DNA of 64,000 nt from a virus: IMG/VR virus record IMGVR_UViG_3300023174_000084, positions 1 to 64,000 of that record. One strand, 5' to 3'. Under the pieces are notes generated by a model, which was not told the DNA's origin, searched no databases, and saw only the letters and a list, made by a program, of their open reading frames with translations. The stretch's first letter is position 1. Each line of letters opens with the position of its first letter. Below, piece by piece: positions 54,386 through 64,000 of this stretch. Made by a program: the position numbers and the translations under genes.

Positions 54386-54804
54386 TATAGTCCCATTGCC
54401 TTTCTTTTTCTTAATGTCATCTGGCGTTTTCTTAACGCTTGACGCAATTTAGACCGTCTTTTAAATTTAGACCGTCTTGCAGCTAACTTTCGTTTTCTGC
54501 GTTCTACGGGTGACATTCTTGTTAACTTGCCACCACGAATTGTGAAACCTGGTACTGCTGACTTCTTAACTCTCCGTTGTAGTTTACCACCACGGAAACG
54601 CACACGAATAAGTTTTGTTCGACCCATTCGTTGCACATTGGCTTCGTTTACTTCTTCAAACTCAACATTATCATACATCTCTGTTGCCAACCGAATTTTA
54701 ACTTGGTTAACTTTTTCATTAACCAAGTCTTGTATTCGTTGAACTAAAACTTCTTTTGCTTCAACTATTTTATTTTGTAATAGTTTGGAAACAAATTCTT
54801 GCAT
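54385..54804 (-). CDS. Arg-rich prohead core protein (gp68-like)
   Basis: very basic C-terminus ending RKAMGL; lies just before gp21. Confidence 0.65.
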   Translation of the reverse strand: MQEFVSKLLQNKIVEAKEVLVQRIQDLVNEKVNQVKIRLATEMYDNVEFEEVNEANVQRMGRTKLIRVRFRGGKLQRRVKKSAVPGFTIRGGKLTRMSPVERRKRKLAARRSKFKRRSKLRQALRKRQMTLRKRKAMGL

Positions 54805-55340
54805 TATGTCCTCGATGTTGGAGTTACACCATAAGGAGGATAGTTAAATGCAGCTGGATCAGTAAACTGACCAGAACTATAAAAACGATTGTCTTTGTGT
54901 AATTCAATAATTAATGTGTAAGCGGCATTACCTGTTGTACCAACGGTTGTAATTGTTACATTGCCTGTAGGACCAACAGCATTATTTGTAATTGCAGGCA
55001 TTTGATATTGTGGGTTTGTATCACCAGCACCAACACCTAATGCATAAATTGTGGCATCAGCAGTTGTGCCTTGCCATTTTAATTGTAAATGACCAACTTC
55101 AGCATCAACATTATAAATGACACGAGAAATTGTAAATGCAGAATTAGCAAAACCAGGAGCGGTTGTATTACCTGTCTGATATGGTAAGTTATTAGCATTT
55201 AAAGCACCAGACAAAGCTCGTGGATCAATAACAACTGTCAACGCTTCATTTCCGCCAGCGGCATCAAAAATACCTACTCGTTTAATTACGGTACGCTTTG
55301 TTGTATCAACTAAAATTTGTGTGCTATTTGATGTTGCCAT
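54804..55340 (-). CDS. putative virion structural protein, paralog B
   Basis: shares DTT...VIK, L.GAL.ANN, I.EL.K, GQF.DPAAFNYPPYG with the upstream gene. Confidence 0.65.
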   Translation of the reverse strand: MATSNSTQILVDTTKRTVIKRVGIFDAAGGNEALTVVIDPRALSGALNANNLPYQTGNTTAPGFANSAFTISRVIYNVDAEVGHLQLKWQGTTADATIYALGVGAGDTNPQYQMPAITNNAVGPTGNVTITTVGTTGNAAYTLIIELHKDNRFYSSGQFTDPAAFNYPPYGVTPTSRT

Positions 55341-55353
55341 TTTTTTATCCTAA

Positions 55354-55893
55354 TTATTTTGTACCAGTTAATCCGTATGGTGGATAGTTAAATGCAGCTG
55401 GATCATTAAACTGTCCACGCTGATAATATTCATTTAACTTTCTCAATTCCATAATAATTGTATAACTTGATGTGTTGCAATTTGGTGCTAAACGACTTCT
55501 AATACCAATATCGCCATTTGTATTAGCGATAGCAGTATTAGGATTCGGTATTGTTACCCAATTTCCGTTACCATCGTATTCTCCATTACCATTCATCAAT
55601 AGAATAGTTTGTGGATCATCAGAATACCAATACAGCTCAACATCACCTTCATATGGCCATGTGTCGTACCAAACTCGGTTGACAGTTAAACCATAATATG
55701 GCTTGGCTGTATTACTTAAACTTAAATGTGTCTTTAAAGGCACATTGTTTGCATCTAACGCACCGTATAGTGTATTTGCTTGTATACGATGTGCATTATC
55801 TTCATTTGTAGAACCGTCAAACGAACCTGTTATTTTAATAACGGCGTGTTCTGTGGTATCTTTAACAACCTGATATGTAAACTTATTCGGCAT
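55354..55893 (-). CDS. putative virion structural protein, paralog A
   Basis: same motifs as paralog B; head-gene context. Confidence 0.65.
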   Translation of the reverse strand: MPNKFTYQVVKDTTEHAVIKITGSFDGSTNEDNAHRIQANTLYGALDANNVPLKTHLSLSNTAKPYYGLTVNRVWYDTWPYEGDVELYWYSDDPQTILLMNGNGEYDGNGNWVTIPNPNTAIANTNGDIGIRSRLAPNCNTSSYTIIMELRKLNEYYQRGQFNDPAAFNYPPYGLTGTK

Positions 55894-56113
55894 TTACTTC
55901 TTCATCCATGGAACCTGTTGAGGACCATTGCATGGCAGTATATGGAACGGTTACATATTTATTAATCTTATCAACATAATAAAGAGCTACTCTCTGATTG
56001 TTTGGAAACTGACGAATCGATTTTCGTTTCATAATCAATACCGCAGGTGGATCCATGGGAGCACTATGGTCTTCCTTTTCATTCAAAGATCGTAGTTCTT
56101 TAAGTGTTTTCAC
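55883..56113 (-). CDS. conserved hypothetical head-region protein
   Basis: likely GTG start (MKTLKELR) after GAGGA; DPP.VL..KRK.IR.FP..RVALY. Confidence 0.6.
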   Translation of the reverse strand: MKTLKELRSLNEKEDHSAPMDPPAVLIMKRKSIRQFPNNQRVALYYVDKINKYVTVPYTAMQWSSTGSMDEEVNAE

Positions 56114-56306
56114 TTGTATTTTCCTCTGGTTGAATTTCTGTTTCAACTTCTTCTGTTTCTTCTGGCGCAAACATATTCTGTGCAACAGCTTGTTTGGCAG
56201 CATCTAAATGTGCAGTAACACGGTCATGAATGTTAGCATATAATGCATCACGCATTTCTTTAGCATTATCATTAACTGCATAATCTATAATTTGTCTTGT
56301 GTCCAT
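56100..56306 (-). CDS. prohead core protein gp67-like
   Basis: small acidic protein right after the portal gene; own late promoter. Confidence 0.65.
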   Translation of the reverse strand: MDTRQIIDYAVNDNAKEMRDALYANIHDRVTAHLDAAKQAVAQNMFAPEETEEVETEIQPEENTSENT

Positions 56307-56323
56307 TTTATCTCCAATCTCAA

Positions 56324-56331
56324 TATTTATA
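56324..56331 (-). promoter_or_regulatory. late promoter TATAAATA
   Basis: exact consensus overlapping the gp20 stop. Confidence 0.8.
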
Positions 56332-57994
56332 ATAACTGTTTCAATTTAACAAATGTTCCTGCTGACTCTTGGCGCATACCAGCATCTTGTGCTTGTTGCA
56401 ATTCATTTTGATGAGTTGCTAAAGCTGCTTGTTGGTCGGCTTGTATATCACCAACCATTTGTTGTTGAGCTACCGTATTGGTAACATCAACAGGTAAACC
56501 TAAACCGGCTTCTTTTTCTTCATCAATCTCACTTTGCATTTCTTTAATCTGGTCGTCTGTCATGCGTAATACATTACGTTGAATCCATGCTTGTGAGAAG
56601 TACCGACCGGTGTATGGATCTACCGAAGCCAAAAGAGATAATCTTTCTCTCATTAATTCAGCTTCTTTAAGTTCACTAAAGTTATTATCTTTAACAAAGT
56701 CGTAAATAATACTTTCTTTAAATTGATCCCATTCATCAGCGGTACAAATACCTTTTAATACACACTGCACACGGAGTGCCTGATTAAAGATATCAGAGAA
56801 CTTACTACGCAAACGGTCTACAAACTTTGCAAACTTTAATTCGTCACGAGTAACTTCTGCAACACGACCAATTGAGAAACCTTGATTAGGTTCCAAACGA
56901 GAGATTGGCACCGAAAGTGATTGATACAATTTCTTTTGGAAATACTTAACATCTTCTAACTCACCTAAGTTTTGACCACCAGGTAAGGTAGAAATTTCGG
57001 TGCCTTTGCCACCTTCACGGCGAGGTAACCAGAAATCTTCCATCATTGATAAGAATTTACGGTCATCACGAACTTCACCGGTGTTTGCATCATATACCAG
57101 TTTGTTCTTATACTTGACCATAATATCACGCAGATATTGTTCTGCTTTTAGTTTAGGTAAATTACCTACATCAATATAAAAAATACGGCGTTCTGGTGCT
57201 CGTGAGATACGATAGATAACTGTCGCATCTTCAATCATGCGTAACTGGTTTAACGGCTTTATAGCTTTGTGTAAATATGATAAAACAACAGCACGGCGGC
57301 TGTCCATGAGACCAGAAACAACAGATATGATTGAGTCAGTAGTGATCCGAACGCCAACAGGACCATAGTTGCTTGAACTACCAGTAACGACTTTATCGTT
57401 AAAGATGTAATATTCGTTAAATACATCAACAACTTCTGCACCTGTTCTTTCATCTTTCTTCTTCTTTATTTCTCTAACTTTACGAAGTTTGCGTGGATCA
57501 ATGTATCTTAATTCTTTAATACCAGCAATTGGATTTTCTTTATCAATAATAATGTTATAATACATTCTGCCGTCAATATAAAAACGGCGAAAGATATCTT
57601 GTGCCATGTGTTTGTAATTTAACAAACGAAGAATGGTATTAAATTCTTCTTTAATGGCCTTTTTAATTTTTTCTGGTTGTTCTAATTTATCTAAAACAAT
57701 CTGTGTAACGATACCATCTTCATCTTGGCAAATAGCTTCATTCATAATATCGTCTATCGCTGATTCAATTTCTGGCTGCATAGCCATTTCACGATAACGA
57801 GAGATGAGTTCTACTTCATTTTTTGCCGTGCCGTCTAAATCAACATATGTACCGTAATATGCGGCCGAAGAAATGGTAAGAGCACCATCTTCATTTGAAG
57901 GTGGTGTAAAGGATGGTTGTAGAGCCTGTTCTTCCTCGGTTTTTCTCCGAGAAATCTCAAAACCAAAGAGAGAGAATTTATTTTGAGCTGCCAT
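56327..57994 (-). CDS. gp20: portal protein gp20
   Basis: YRISRAPERRIFYIDVGNLP, EDFWLPRREGGKGTEI.TLPG. Confidence 0.97.
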   Translation of the reverse strand: MAAQNKFSLFGFEISRRKTEEEQALQPSFTPPSNEDGALTISSAAYYGTYVDLDGTAKNEVELISRYREMAMQPEIESAIDDIMNEAICQDEDGIVTQIVLDKLEQPEKIKKAIKEEFNTILRLLNYKHMAQDIFRRFYIDGRMYYNIIIDKENPIAGIKELRYIDPRKLRKVREIKKKKDERTGAEVVDVFNEYYIFNDKVVTGSSSNYGPVGVRITTDSIISVVSGLMDSRRAVVLSYLHKAIKPLNQLRMIEDATVIYRISRAPERRIFYIDVGNLPKLKAEQYLRDIMVKYKNKLVYDANTGEVRDDRKFLSMMEDFWLPRREGGKGTEISTLPGGQNLGELEDVKYFQKKLYQSLSVPISRLEPNQGFSIGRVAEVTRDELKFAKFVDRLRSKFSDIFNQALRVQCVLKGICTADEWDQFKESIIYDFVKDNNFSELKEAELMRERLSLLASVDPYTGRYFSQAWIQRNVLRMTDDQIKEMQSEIDEEKEAGLGLPVDVTNTVAQQQMVGDIQADQQAALATHQNELQQAQDAGMRQESAGTFVKLKQLL

Positions 57995-58023
57995 ATTTTA
58001 TAGATTCCAATTCAATTAAACAT

Positions 58024-58046
58024 AAAGAGAGGACCGAAGTCCTCTC
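58024..58046 (-). terminator. intrinsic terminator after gp19
   Basis: GAGAGGAC-TTCG-GTCCTCTC followed by TTT. Confidence 0.8.
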
Positions 58047-58060
58047 GAAACAAAAACATA

Positions 58061-58603
58061 TTAAGTAGTAGTGTTGGATTCCCAATATTGGAAAGCGAAT
58101 GTGGCCGAGTATTCTTCAATCACATCATTTGAACCCCAATCTAAATCAATTGGTGCGATATCCAATGGGAAAACACCTACAAACTTATAAGATTTCAATT
58201 CGTTACCAGCTTTTCCGTATTGTGTAACAACTGCATCTACGGTATAACCTGTTGGGTTAACTGCTCCAGTATTACGAACATTAGTTGTATGACTGTTGAT
58301 TGCGTTCATCCACGATTCGAGAGCGTTACGAACTACAAAGTCCTCGTCATTGATAATCTGTAATGTCCAGTCTGTAAATGTTCTGTTACCAGCAAATTTT
58401 AATTCACGACCAAAATAAAACACAGGCACAGTACCTACGGTAGAACCTGGTAACTGTGCTGATTTTGCCATGAATGTTGTTTTAGCACCTGCGGCTGTGC
58501 CGTTGGTTGCAACTGTTGGAAATGTTAGAGTAACTTGGAATAGATTAGGACGGGCACCGTCACCAATCATATTCGCTCTAAATTCTGCTACATTGAATGC
58601 CAT
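58061..58603 (-). CDS. gp19: tail tube protein gp19
   Basis: GARPNLF.V, LPGS, GR.LK.AG.RTF..W, IDLDW. Confidence 0.93.
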   Translation of the reverse strand: MAFNVAEFRANMIGDGARPNLFQVTLTFPTVATNGTAAGAKTTFMAKSAQLPGSTVGTVPVFYFGRELKFAGNRTFTDWTLQIINDEDFVVRNALESWMNAINSHTTNVRNTGAVNPTGYTVDAVVTQYGKAGNELKSYKFVGVFPLDIAPIDLDWGSNDVIEEYSATFAFQYWESNTTT

Positions 58604-58631
58604 TTGTATTCTCCTATATCGTGGTTATTTA

Positions 58632-60317
58632 TTAAGCTGCACCAACGATTGTTGTGAAGTCAACACCAGTTCCAACTGCAACAAAGTTCAACTGAATGAA
58701 GTTGATAGAACGAGCAGGTTTGATGTAAATATCACCAACAAATTGATTACTGTCAATGACTTGTGGTGTATTGTTGGTTGTATCACAAACCACACGGAAG
58801 TCATAGATACCACGGCGACCTTGAACATCACGCAGATACGGAGTTACTAGTGCTACAAACTGAGCACGAGTAAATTCATCATTGAATTCAAATAACGAGA
58901 ACTGAGCAGCTTGAGAAATTGCTTTTTCAAGAACAATGAATAATCTACGGACATTGATGCGGTCAAATGCAGATGGTTTGTTTTGTAAAGTCTTATCACC
59001 AAACAGAACAATGCCTTGGCCAGGAAACGACACAACTGGATTTACGCCTGCTGCATATAATACATCTCGTTGTGTTTTATTTGGATTCCATGCCAGTTTA
59101 ATAGCATTTTTAATTTGACCACGGTTGAAACCAGCTGGCGAGAACCATGGATCACGAACCGTATCAGTATTAACACAAAGACCGGCTACATCACCATTTA
59201 ATGGAATATAACGATATACATTGTTATACTTGTCGTACATATATTTGTAACCAGAATCAGCTACAACATAAGAACTGGAACGAGCCAAACTTGTTAACCA
59301 AGCTTGAATACCAGCTGTTGGTGTTGTGTTGATGCTATCAATTGCTGTTCGTGGAGGCGAAATAAATGCTACGCAGTCTTTACGAGAATTGACAATATTA
59401 TCAATTACATATTGTTGAACTACTGTATTTGCATTACCAGTTAACACCAATGAAATATCAATTGTTTCTTTGTTAGCAAACAAATCATAAGCAGTTTGAA
59501 TATTAGCATTAGTTGGAATAGTTTCTGAACCGCCAGCCAAAGTGATTGTTGGATTTGTTGTCAATGTGGCAAAATTTGTATTTGCTGCTGGACGACCCCA
59601 AGTAGAATTAGTTGTGCTATAACTTACTGGATCAGTTGCATAAACATATTGTGAATTATCAAATATGACTTGTTCATAAAAATTTGATACACCATTAATG
59701 CTTGCATCAGAAGCTTTAGATAAGAATGGATAAACTTCTAATACTGTACCTTGTTGGCCAGTAAATTGACCGCCAGCGTCAATAACGACTACGTGCATTT
59801 CGTCATTAGAACCTCCAACAGCCGCTGCATAATTTGAAGTACCAGGAGCAGAAGTAAAGTAAGAACTATAAGACCAGCTGCTGAACAAACTGGTATTAGC
59901 ACAAACAGCTACTGATAAAGAATTACCAATTATGCCTGGATATTTGGCCATAAATGCACCAAAAAAGTTATTATTATCTCTATTTAAATATAGGTACTCA
60001 AATTCTTCTGAATTAGGAATTTGAAATGCTGTGTTTGCAGCTGCATTGTTTGAGTTAGCATTAACGGCACGAACAACACTTAGATTGTTACCGTAGGCTA
60101 AGAAAGAAGCAGATGTAAAAAATGAAATTGCAGAGTTTGAATCTGGTTTACCAAAATATTTGGTTAATGTAATTTCGTTGTCAACCAGAATTACTTGTCG
60201 TGCTGGACCCCACGAAAAGTTTCCAGCATAAGCACCGGCCGTAGTTAGAACCGAAGGAACGACTGTTGTTAAGTCTACTTCGGAAACATTTACGCCTGGA
60301 GAGATTTGAAACGCCAT
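58632..60317 (-). CDS. gp18: tail sheath protein gp18
   Basis: SPGV.V.E.DLT, PWFSPAGFNRG, FDRINVRRLF, IYIKPARSINFI. Confidence 0.97.
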   Translation of the reverse strand: MAFQISPGVNVSEVDLTTVVPSVLTTAGAYAGNFSWGPARQVILVDNEITLTKYFGKPDSNSAISFFTSASFLAYGNNLSVVRAVNANSNNAAANTAFQIPNSEEFEYLYLNRDNNNFFGAFMAKYPGIIGNSLSVAVCANTSLFSSWSYSSYFTSAPGTSNYAAAVGGSNDEMHVVVIDAGGQFTGQQGTVLEVYPFLSKASDASINGVSNFYEQVIFDNSQYVYATDPVSYSTTNSTWGRPAANTNFATLTTNPTITLAGGSETIPTNANIQTAYDLFANKETIDISLVLTGNANTVVQQYVIDNIVNSRKDCVAFISPPRTAIDSINTTPTAGIQAWLTSLARSSSYVVADSGYKYMYDKYNNVYRYIPLNGDVAGLCVNTDTVRDPWFSPAGFNRGQIKNAIKLAWNPNKTQRDVLYAAGVNPVVSFPGQGIVLFGDKTLQNKPSAFDRINVRRLFIVLEKAISQAAQFSLFEFNDEFTRAQFVALVTPYLRDVQGRRGIYDFRVVCDTTNNTPQVIDSNQFVGDIYIKPARSINFIQLNFVAVGTGVDFTTIVGAA

Positions 60318-60369
60318 TTTATTCTCCTTGAATTATTATGTGTTCTTGGCAGTTAAAATACCATACTGA

Positions 60370-60377
60370 TATTTATG
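60370..60377 (-). promoter_or_regulatory. late promoter variant (CATAAATA)
   Basis: upstream of gp18. Confidence 0.6.
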
Positions 60378-60388
60378 ATTCATAGGAT

Positions 60389-62068
60389 TTACAAGTCCCT
60401 AAAGAAACTACGATGATATGAAGCATAGGTGTCACCTCCACCTGCCACTTCCCATACATCACCACCTTCCACCATAAAGTCAGTCTTTAAACCATCTTCA
60501 ATGATAGGTGCAGGTAGAACTTCTTCATCAAATTGATTCATATTTTCTAATTGAATTTGTTTTCTTAAATCATGATTTACTATTTCTCTGAAGTATTTCT
60601 GCGTGGTTGCCCATGCAAAAATTACTAAAGTCATTGCCATATCATCATTTGCACCTTCTGCGGCCGCAAATGAAGTCTTATATTGTTCAAATGTTGTTAA
60701 CTCCGAATAGGTGTCAAAATCATTTATCAGTAGTTTATCACCTTCTATTAATGTTTTAAGGTTAGAACAACCTACAGATTTTACTTGAGGCGACATTTTT
60801 AGACCCATCTGGACACCACGAGCAAATCCAGCGGACAATTGTTGAGGTTTTTTATTACCAGTAAAGACTTTTAATAGATTTTCATACTCTAAATCTGTGT
60901 GAATAAAGTCTGCCACCTGAGGATTATTGTTTATTTCTACCAAAATGTAAGCGTCATTATAAACTCTGGCTGCATTGACTATCACCGTTGGAAATAAAAT
61001 AGGTGAAATAGATGAACTTGCATAGGATGCTACTTGTTTATATGGTGTAGATGATATATCAAATACTGAGAATGCCGAGGAGTCTAAGTTTTTACCTTCT
61101 GATACATCCACAGTAATACAGTAAATGTGGTCAGTCAGAGAACCATTGACACCTTCTTTGACAGGATGTTCATAGATTTTCATCTTGTCGTGTTCTGCGA
61201 TTGGGTTCATGTACCTCAATTGTTGCAGTTTATAACCAGAGATAAGGGTATTGGAAGAACCCAAGAACTCGGTTTCAAACTCTTGTGCAAATTGCCGTTC
61301 AGAAGTATTACGGATGGTTTCTTCTTTCCACGCATCATCACGACCTGGTACCATCGACCAATGAATCTCAAAGTTTTTGTAATTGTTTCGACCTTCTAGT
61401 GAATCCATCCACAACTTGTAGAATAGATTCATACCATTTGGTGTGGAAACAATGATAATCTTTGATGACTTACCGGATGATATTACCGGATAGACTGAGT
61501 TAAAGAACTCATTGGCAATATTGTTTGGCACGAAAGCAAATTCGTCTAAGAACACAATGTTAAACGAACCGCCTCGGATTGCAGAGGACGAGGTGGAGGC
61601 CGCAATGACCTTAGAACCGTTCTCTAATTCTACATTACCCTTGTTCCATGTCACCACGCCTTGTTGGAGCCATTGTGGTAAATTCTCGTATGCCAATTGA
61701 TACTTGGCCAAAATATCACGAGCCAAAGAACCTTTGTTTGCCAGTACCGCCACATTCTGCGAATCGGTAAAAATGGTTGCCCAAAGAAGATAACCAACGG
61801 TTGTGGTAGTTTTACCAACCTGACGAGGACATTTGGTAATAACGAAACGATTATCTTTAAATAGATTAATCATTTCTTTTTGAAAGTCCCACATCTTAAA
61901 GTTGATGAGGCCTTCATCCACGTTTACAATCTTAATGTAGTTCATACAGAAGTAAACTGGATCCTTAGAACACTTTACATATTCTTGTACCTGTTCTTCG
62001 GTATACTCGTGTGCAACTCCTACTTTTTTGAGTAGAGGATTATCACGGTAAGAATCTTTAGTGTTCAT
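60389..62068 (-). CDS. gp17: terminase large subunit gp17
   Basis: PRQVGKTT, LDEFAF, STPNG, DVSEG, DD..M.L. Confidence 0.97.
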   Translation of the reverse strand: MNTKDSYRDNPLLKKVGVAHEYTEEQVQEYVKCSKDPVYFCMNYIKIVNVDEGLINFKMWDFQKEMINLFKDNRFVITKCPRQVGKTTTTVGYLLWATIFTDSQNVAVLANKGSLARDILAKYQLAYENLPQWLQQGVVTWNKGNVELENGSKVIAASTSSSAIRGGSFNIVFLDEFAFVPNNIANEFFNSVYPVISSGKSSKIIIVSTPNGMNLFYKLWMDSLEGRNNYKNFEIHWSMVPGRDDAWKEETIRNTSERQFAQEFETEFLGSSNTLISGYKLQQLRYMNPIAEHDKMKIYEHPVKEGVNGSLTDHIYCITVDVSEGKNLDSSAFSVFDISSTPYKQVASYASSSISPILFPTVIVNAARVYNDAYILVEINNNPQVADFIHTDLEYENLLKVFTGNKKPQQLSAGFARGVQMGLKMSPQVKSVGCSNLKTLIEGDKLLINDFDTYSELTTFEQYKTSFAAAEGANDDMAMTLVIFAWATTQKYFREIVNHDLRKQIQLENMNQFDEEVLPAPIIEDGLKTDFMVEGGDVWEVAGGGDTYASYHRSFFRDL

Positions 62069-62787
62069 TAAAATAGATGTTCAATCTTTATTTTGGCATG
62101 AGGTGAACCGGCATCACCGTGGTAGTCGGTACCAAAGTGTGTCACCCATGTGTCGGAGAAATTATTTAGTGGTAACATACATCTGTGACCAAATCCTACA
62201 GGTATGTTTATAAACATATTGCCTAGATTGGCTGATTCACGAATACCCCATGAACCTTTTTGACCAAAAATAAAGTAATCAGATTGAATATGTTCTTCTA
62301 CTAATTCTCTATCCATGATAAACATACCTTGATATGGATCAGATAGTGAAATAAACCTTTGACCTTCTACTGTAATTGTTGGTCGATGGCCTTGATGATG
62401 TGTGCAATCTAATGAAAACACTTCACCATTTACTTTTTGAACTCGATGAGTGGCAGGTATAAAATTTAGATTATTGCGTTGAAAGAGTTCTCTGGTGTTT
62501 ACCCAATAATCAAATGTTTTCTTTTCTACTTCGATATTACCTTCAAGGTATGCAAAGTGCGTGTAATCTGATTTGAGAAACTCTGGCATATACTTCTTAT
62601 GTTCCCATGTATGCCAATATGGATGTTCTAAATCTACAACATGAATAGGTAAACTAGAATCAAAATTAACATTGCTGTTAATAATGAGTTTGATGTTTGG
62701 TATAGCAGATAATGTTTTTATTACTTTCTTGAACCGCTCTAATCTTTCTTCAACATAATAAAAACAAACATTCACCCAAAGTTTCAT
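62068..62787 (-). CDS. hypothetical protein, possibly a degenerate GT-A fold
   Basis: YTHFAYLEGNI (Y.EDD-like), PYQGMFI; sits between the terminase genes. Confidence 0.45.
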   Translation of the reverse strand: MKLWVNVCFYYVEERLERFKKVIKTLSAIPNIKLIINSNVNFDSSLPIHVVDLEHPYWHTWEHKKYMPEFLKSDYTHFAYLEGNIEVEKKTFDYWVNTRELFQRNNLNFIPATHRVQKVNGEVFSLDCTHHQGHRPTITVEGQRFISLSDPYQGMFIMDRELVEEHIQSDYFIFGQKGSWGIRESANLGNMFINIPVGFGHRCMLPLNNFSDTWVTHFGTDYHGDAGSPHAKIKIEHLF

Positions 62788-63200
62788 TCTTTTCCTTTGA
62801 TTAGTTTATTCAATTCTGCGGTACTACCAACAAAGATAGCTTTATCAATATTGGTGCCAGTATTTTTTTTCTTTTCTTCATCCATCTCACGCATTTGTTT
62901 TTGAATGTTGAGAAGTTCTTTATTGGCATCTACCATATTTTTCAATAGAGTGCCATAGACTTCAAATGCTCGTGGATGTTGGCCTGCTTTGGCAATATTA
63001 AGTATTTCTTCCATGGCTTCTTGGCCTTGGTCAATAATACCTTGTAGATTTTCTTTTGACTGTTGATATGCATCAGTCAAATCTTGTTTCAAATCTGGTT
63101 GATTGTATTTTACCGACACCGTAGGAAGTTTTTCTTTTTTAGGTTCTTCAATTGGCATCACATCAAATACATCTGCTAAAGTTTTATTTAAATCACTCAT
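62784..63200 (-). CDS. gp16: terminase small subunit gp16
   Basis: HPRAFEV, AIFVGSTAEL; synteny. Confidence 0.9.
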   Translation of the reverse strand: MSDLNKTLADVFDVMPIEEPKKEKLPTVSVKYNQPDLKQDLTDAYQQSKENLQGIIDQGQEAMEEILNIAKAGQHPRAFEVYGTLLKNMVDANKELLNIQKQMREMDEEKKKNTGTNIDKAIFVGSTAELNKLIKGKE

Positions 63201-63203
63201 AGA

Positions 63204-64000
63204 TTAAGGATATTCAGTAATAATAGTGTTGGCTGTCCAAGTGTTTGCTAGTGCCACATTTGCATTTGCTGGATCAGGTCTCACATCAATTTGTACCAAT
63301 TTTTGTGGTACTGGATTATATGTAGTAAACTTATAATTTGCGTTTGAACTGGAGGATTGAATTGGCAAATTAGAAACAAAATTACCATTAATATTTTTTA
63401 ATTGTAATATATTATTATTGAACGATACGACCTTACCTGTTGCAATGGCCAATGGTGCCGAATATCCTTGATATACAATTTCACCAATTTGATATGTTCC
63501 AACACCTGATGATGGATTGACATAAAATTCAATTATATCATTTTCGCTTATTTGATTATAAATTGATGTAATTGAATGTGTAATAAGTCCTGTGCCAGAA
63601 TCATTAATTTTACCAAAAATATATCCTTTGACCGTAAATGAAAGAGTCCAAATAATAACACGAGTATCTCTTTCATAATTACCTTCATAGTCAATATCTT
63701 GAGCCGTTGAATTTAATACAACAGGAATATTCTTAACAATACCCATTTCAGGTATCATGTTAAGTTTCATTGTATAATCTGGTGTGAAGTAGGAAAGAAT
63801 ATGTTCAATAATTTGTGTACCATCTTCGATATTTCTTACATACAAATAAAGATTAAAATCAAAATTATATGGTACTGGATTATATTGTGAAACTAATCCT
63901 TTTGATGTCTGTGCAAATTGTTTTGTATTTGTATTTTGTTTACGGCTTGCATCATAATTAAAACCAAGCAATTCAAATGACATTCTTGGTAATGTAATTT
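63204..64000 (-). CDS. gp15: tail sheath stabilizer gp15 (5' end outside the window)
   Basis: LPRMSFE, PVPYN..F.L, QIIE.IL.YF.P, IIWTL.F. Confidence 0.88.
   Translation of the reverse strand, partial: ITLPRMSFELLGFNYDASRKQNTNTKQFAQTSKGLVSQYNPVPYNFDFNLYLYVRNIEDGTQIIEHILSYFTPDYTMKLNMIPEMGIVKNIPVVLNSTAQDIDYEGNYERDTRVIIWTLSFTVKGYIFGKINDSGTGLITHSITSIYNQISENDIIEFYVNPSSGVGTYQIGEIVYQGYSAPLAIATGKVVSFNNNILQLKNINGNFVSNLPIQSSSSNANYKFTTYNPVPQKLVQIDVRPDPANANVALANTWTANTIITEYP

Noticed and set aside
1-64000. Many plus-strand ORFs of 60-180 aa in the track (e.g. 51882..52421, 36567..36992, 7943..8377)
   Set aside because: They are antisense shadows of well-supported minus-strand genes, with no recognisable motifs.
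1-64000. CRISPR array, integrase, transposase, intron or intein
   Set aside because: No regularly spaced repeats seen; gp43, gp41, gp17, gp20, gp23 and gp46 are uninterrupted and of normal length.
1-64000. Stop-codon reassignment
   Set aside because: Core genes translate full length in the standard code, and TAA, TGA and TAG all end genes at sensible junctions.

Overview
A 64-kb segment of an AT-rich T4-like myovirus genome, coded almost entirely on the minus strand. The IscU, ErpA and desaturase sequences and the spanin-type lysis genes point to a Gram-negative, probably proteobacterial, host. In transcription order (right to left) it holds: head/tail morphogenesis genes (gp15-16-17-18-19-20-67-68-21-22-23, gp3); UvsY, UvsW, gp55, gp47, gp46; a candidate DNA-modification block (ParB-like, Def, DUF4338/DruA-like, wHTH, glycosyltransferase, 2OG oxygenase, dATP/dGTP diphosphohydrolase); gp45-44-62-RegA; Hsp20 with a ROSE-like leader; dCMP deaminase; a tRNA region; GroES; IscU/ErpA; a plus-strand island with a fatty-acid desaturase; gp43, UvsX, gp41; a second DUF4338 paralog next to a PD-(D/E)XK nuclease-like gene; a glycosyl/methyltransferase cluster; a cluster of probable head-packaged proteins; and a lysis cassette. 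The top finding is a 70-nt non-canonical tRNA-Gly(UCC)-like RNA (31391-31460) behind a perfect sigma70 promoter. It keeps the GlyRS identity elements but lacks features normally needed for ribosomal use. Together with the two DUF4338 (putative GNAT/Mom-like) paralogs, it may form a phage-encoded aminoacyl-tRNA-dependent DNA-modification system. Other leads are capsid-targeted polyproteins and enzymes (RNA-ligase-like, NadD-like plus kinase), two probable overprinted genes, an RNA thermometer and a 5-codon coupling minigene. All family calls come from motif recognition by eye; no database search was run.
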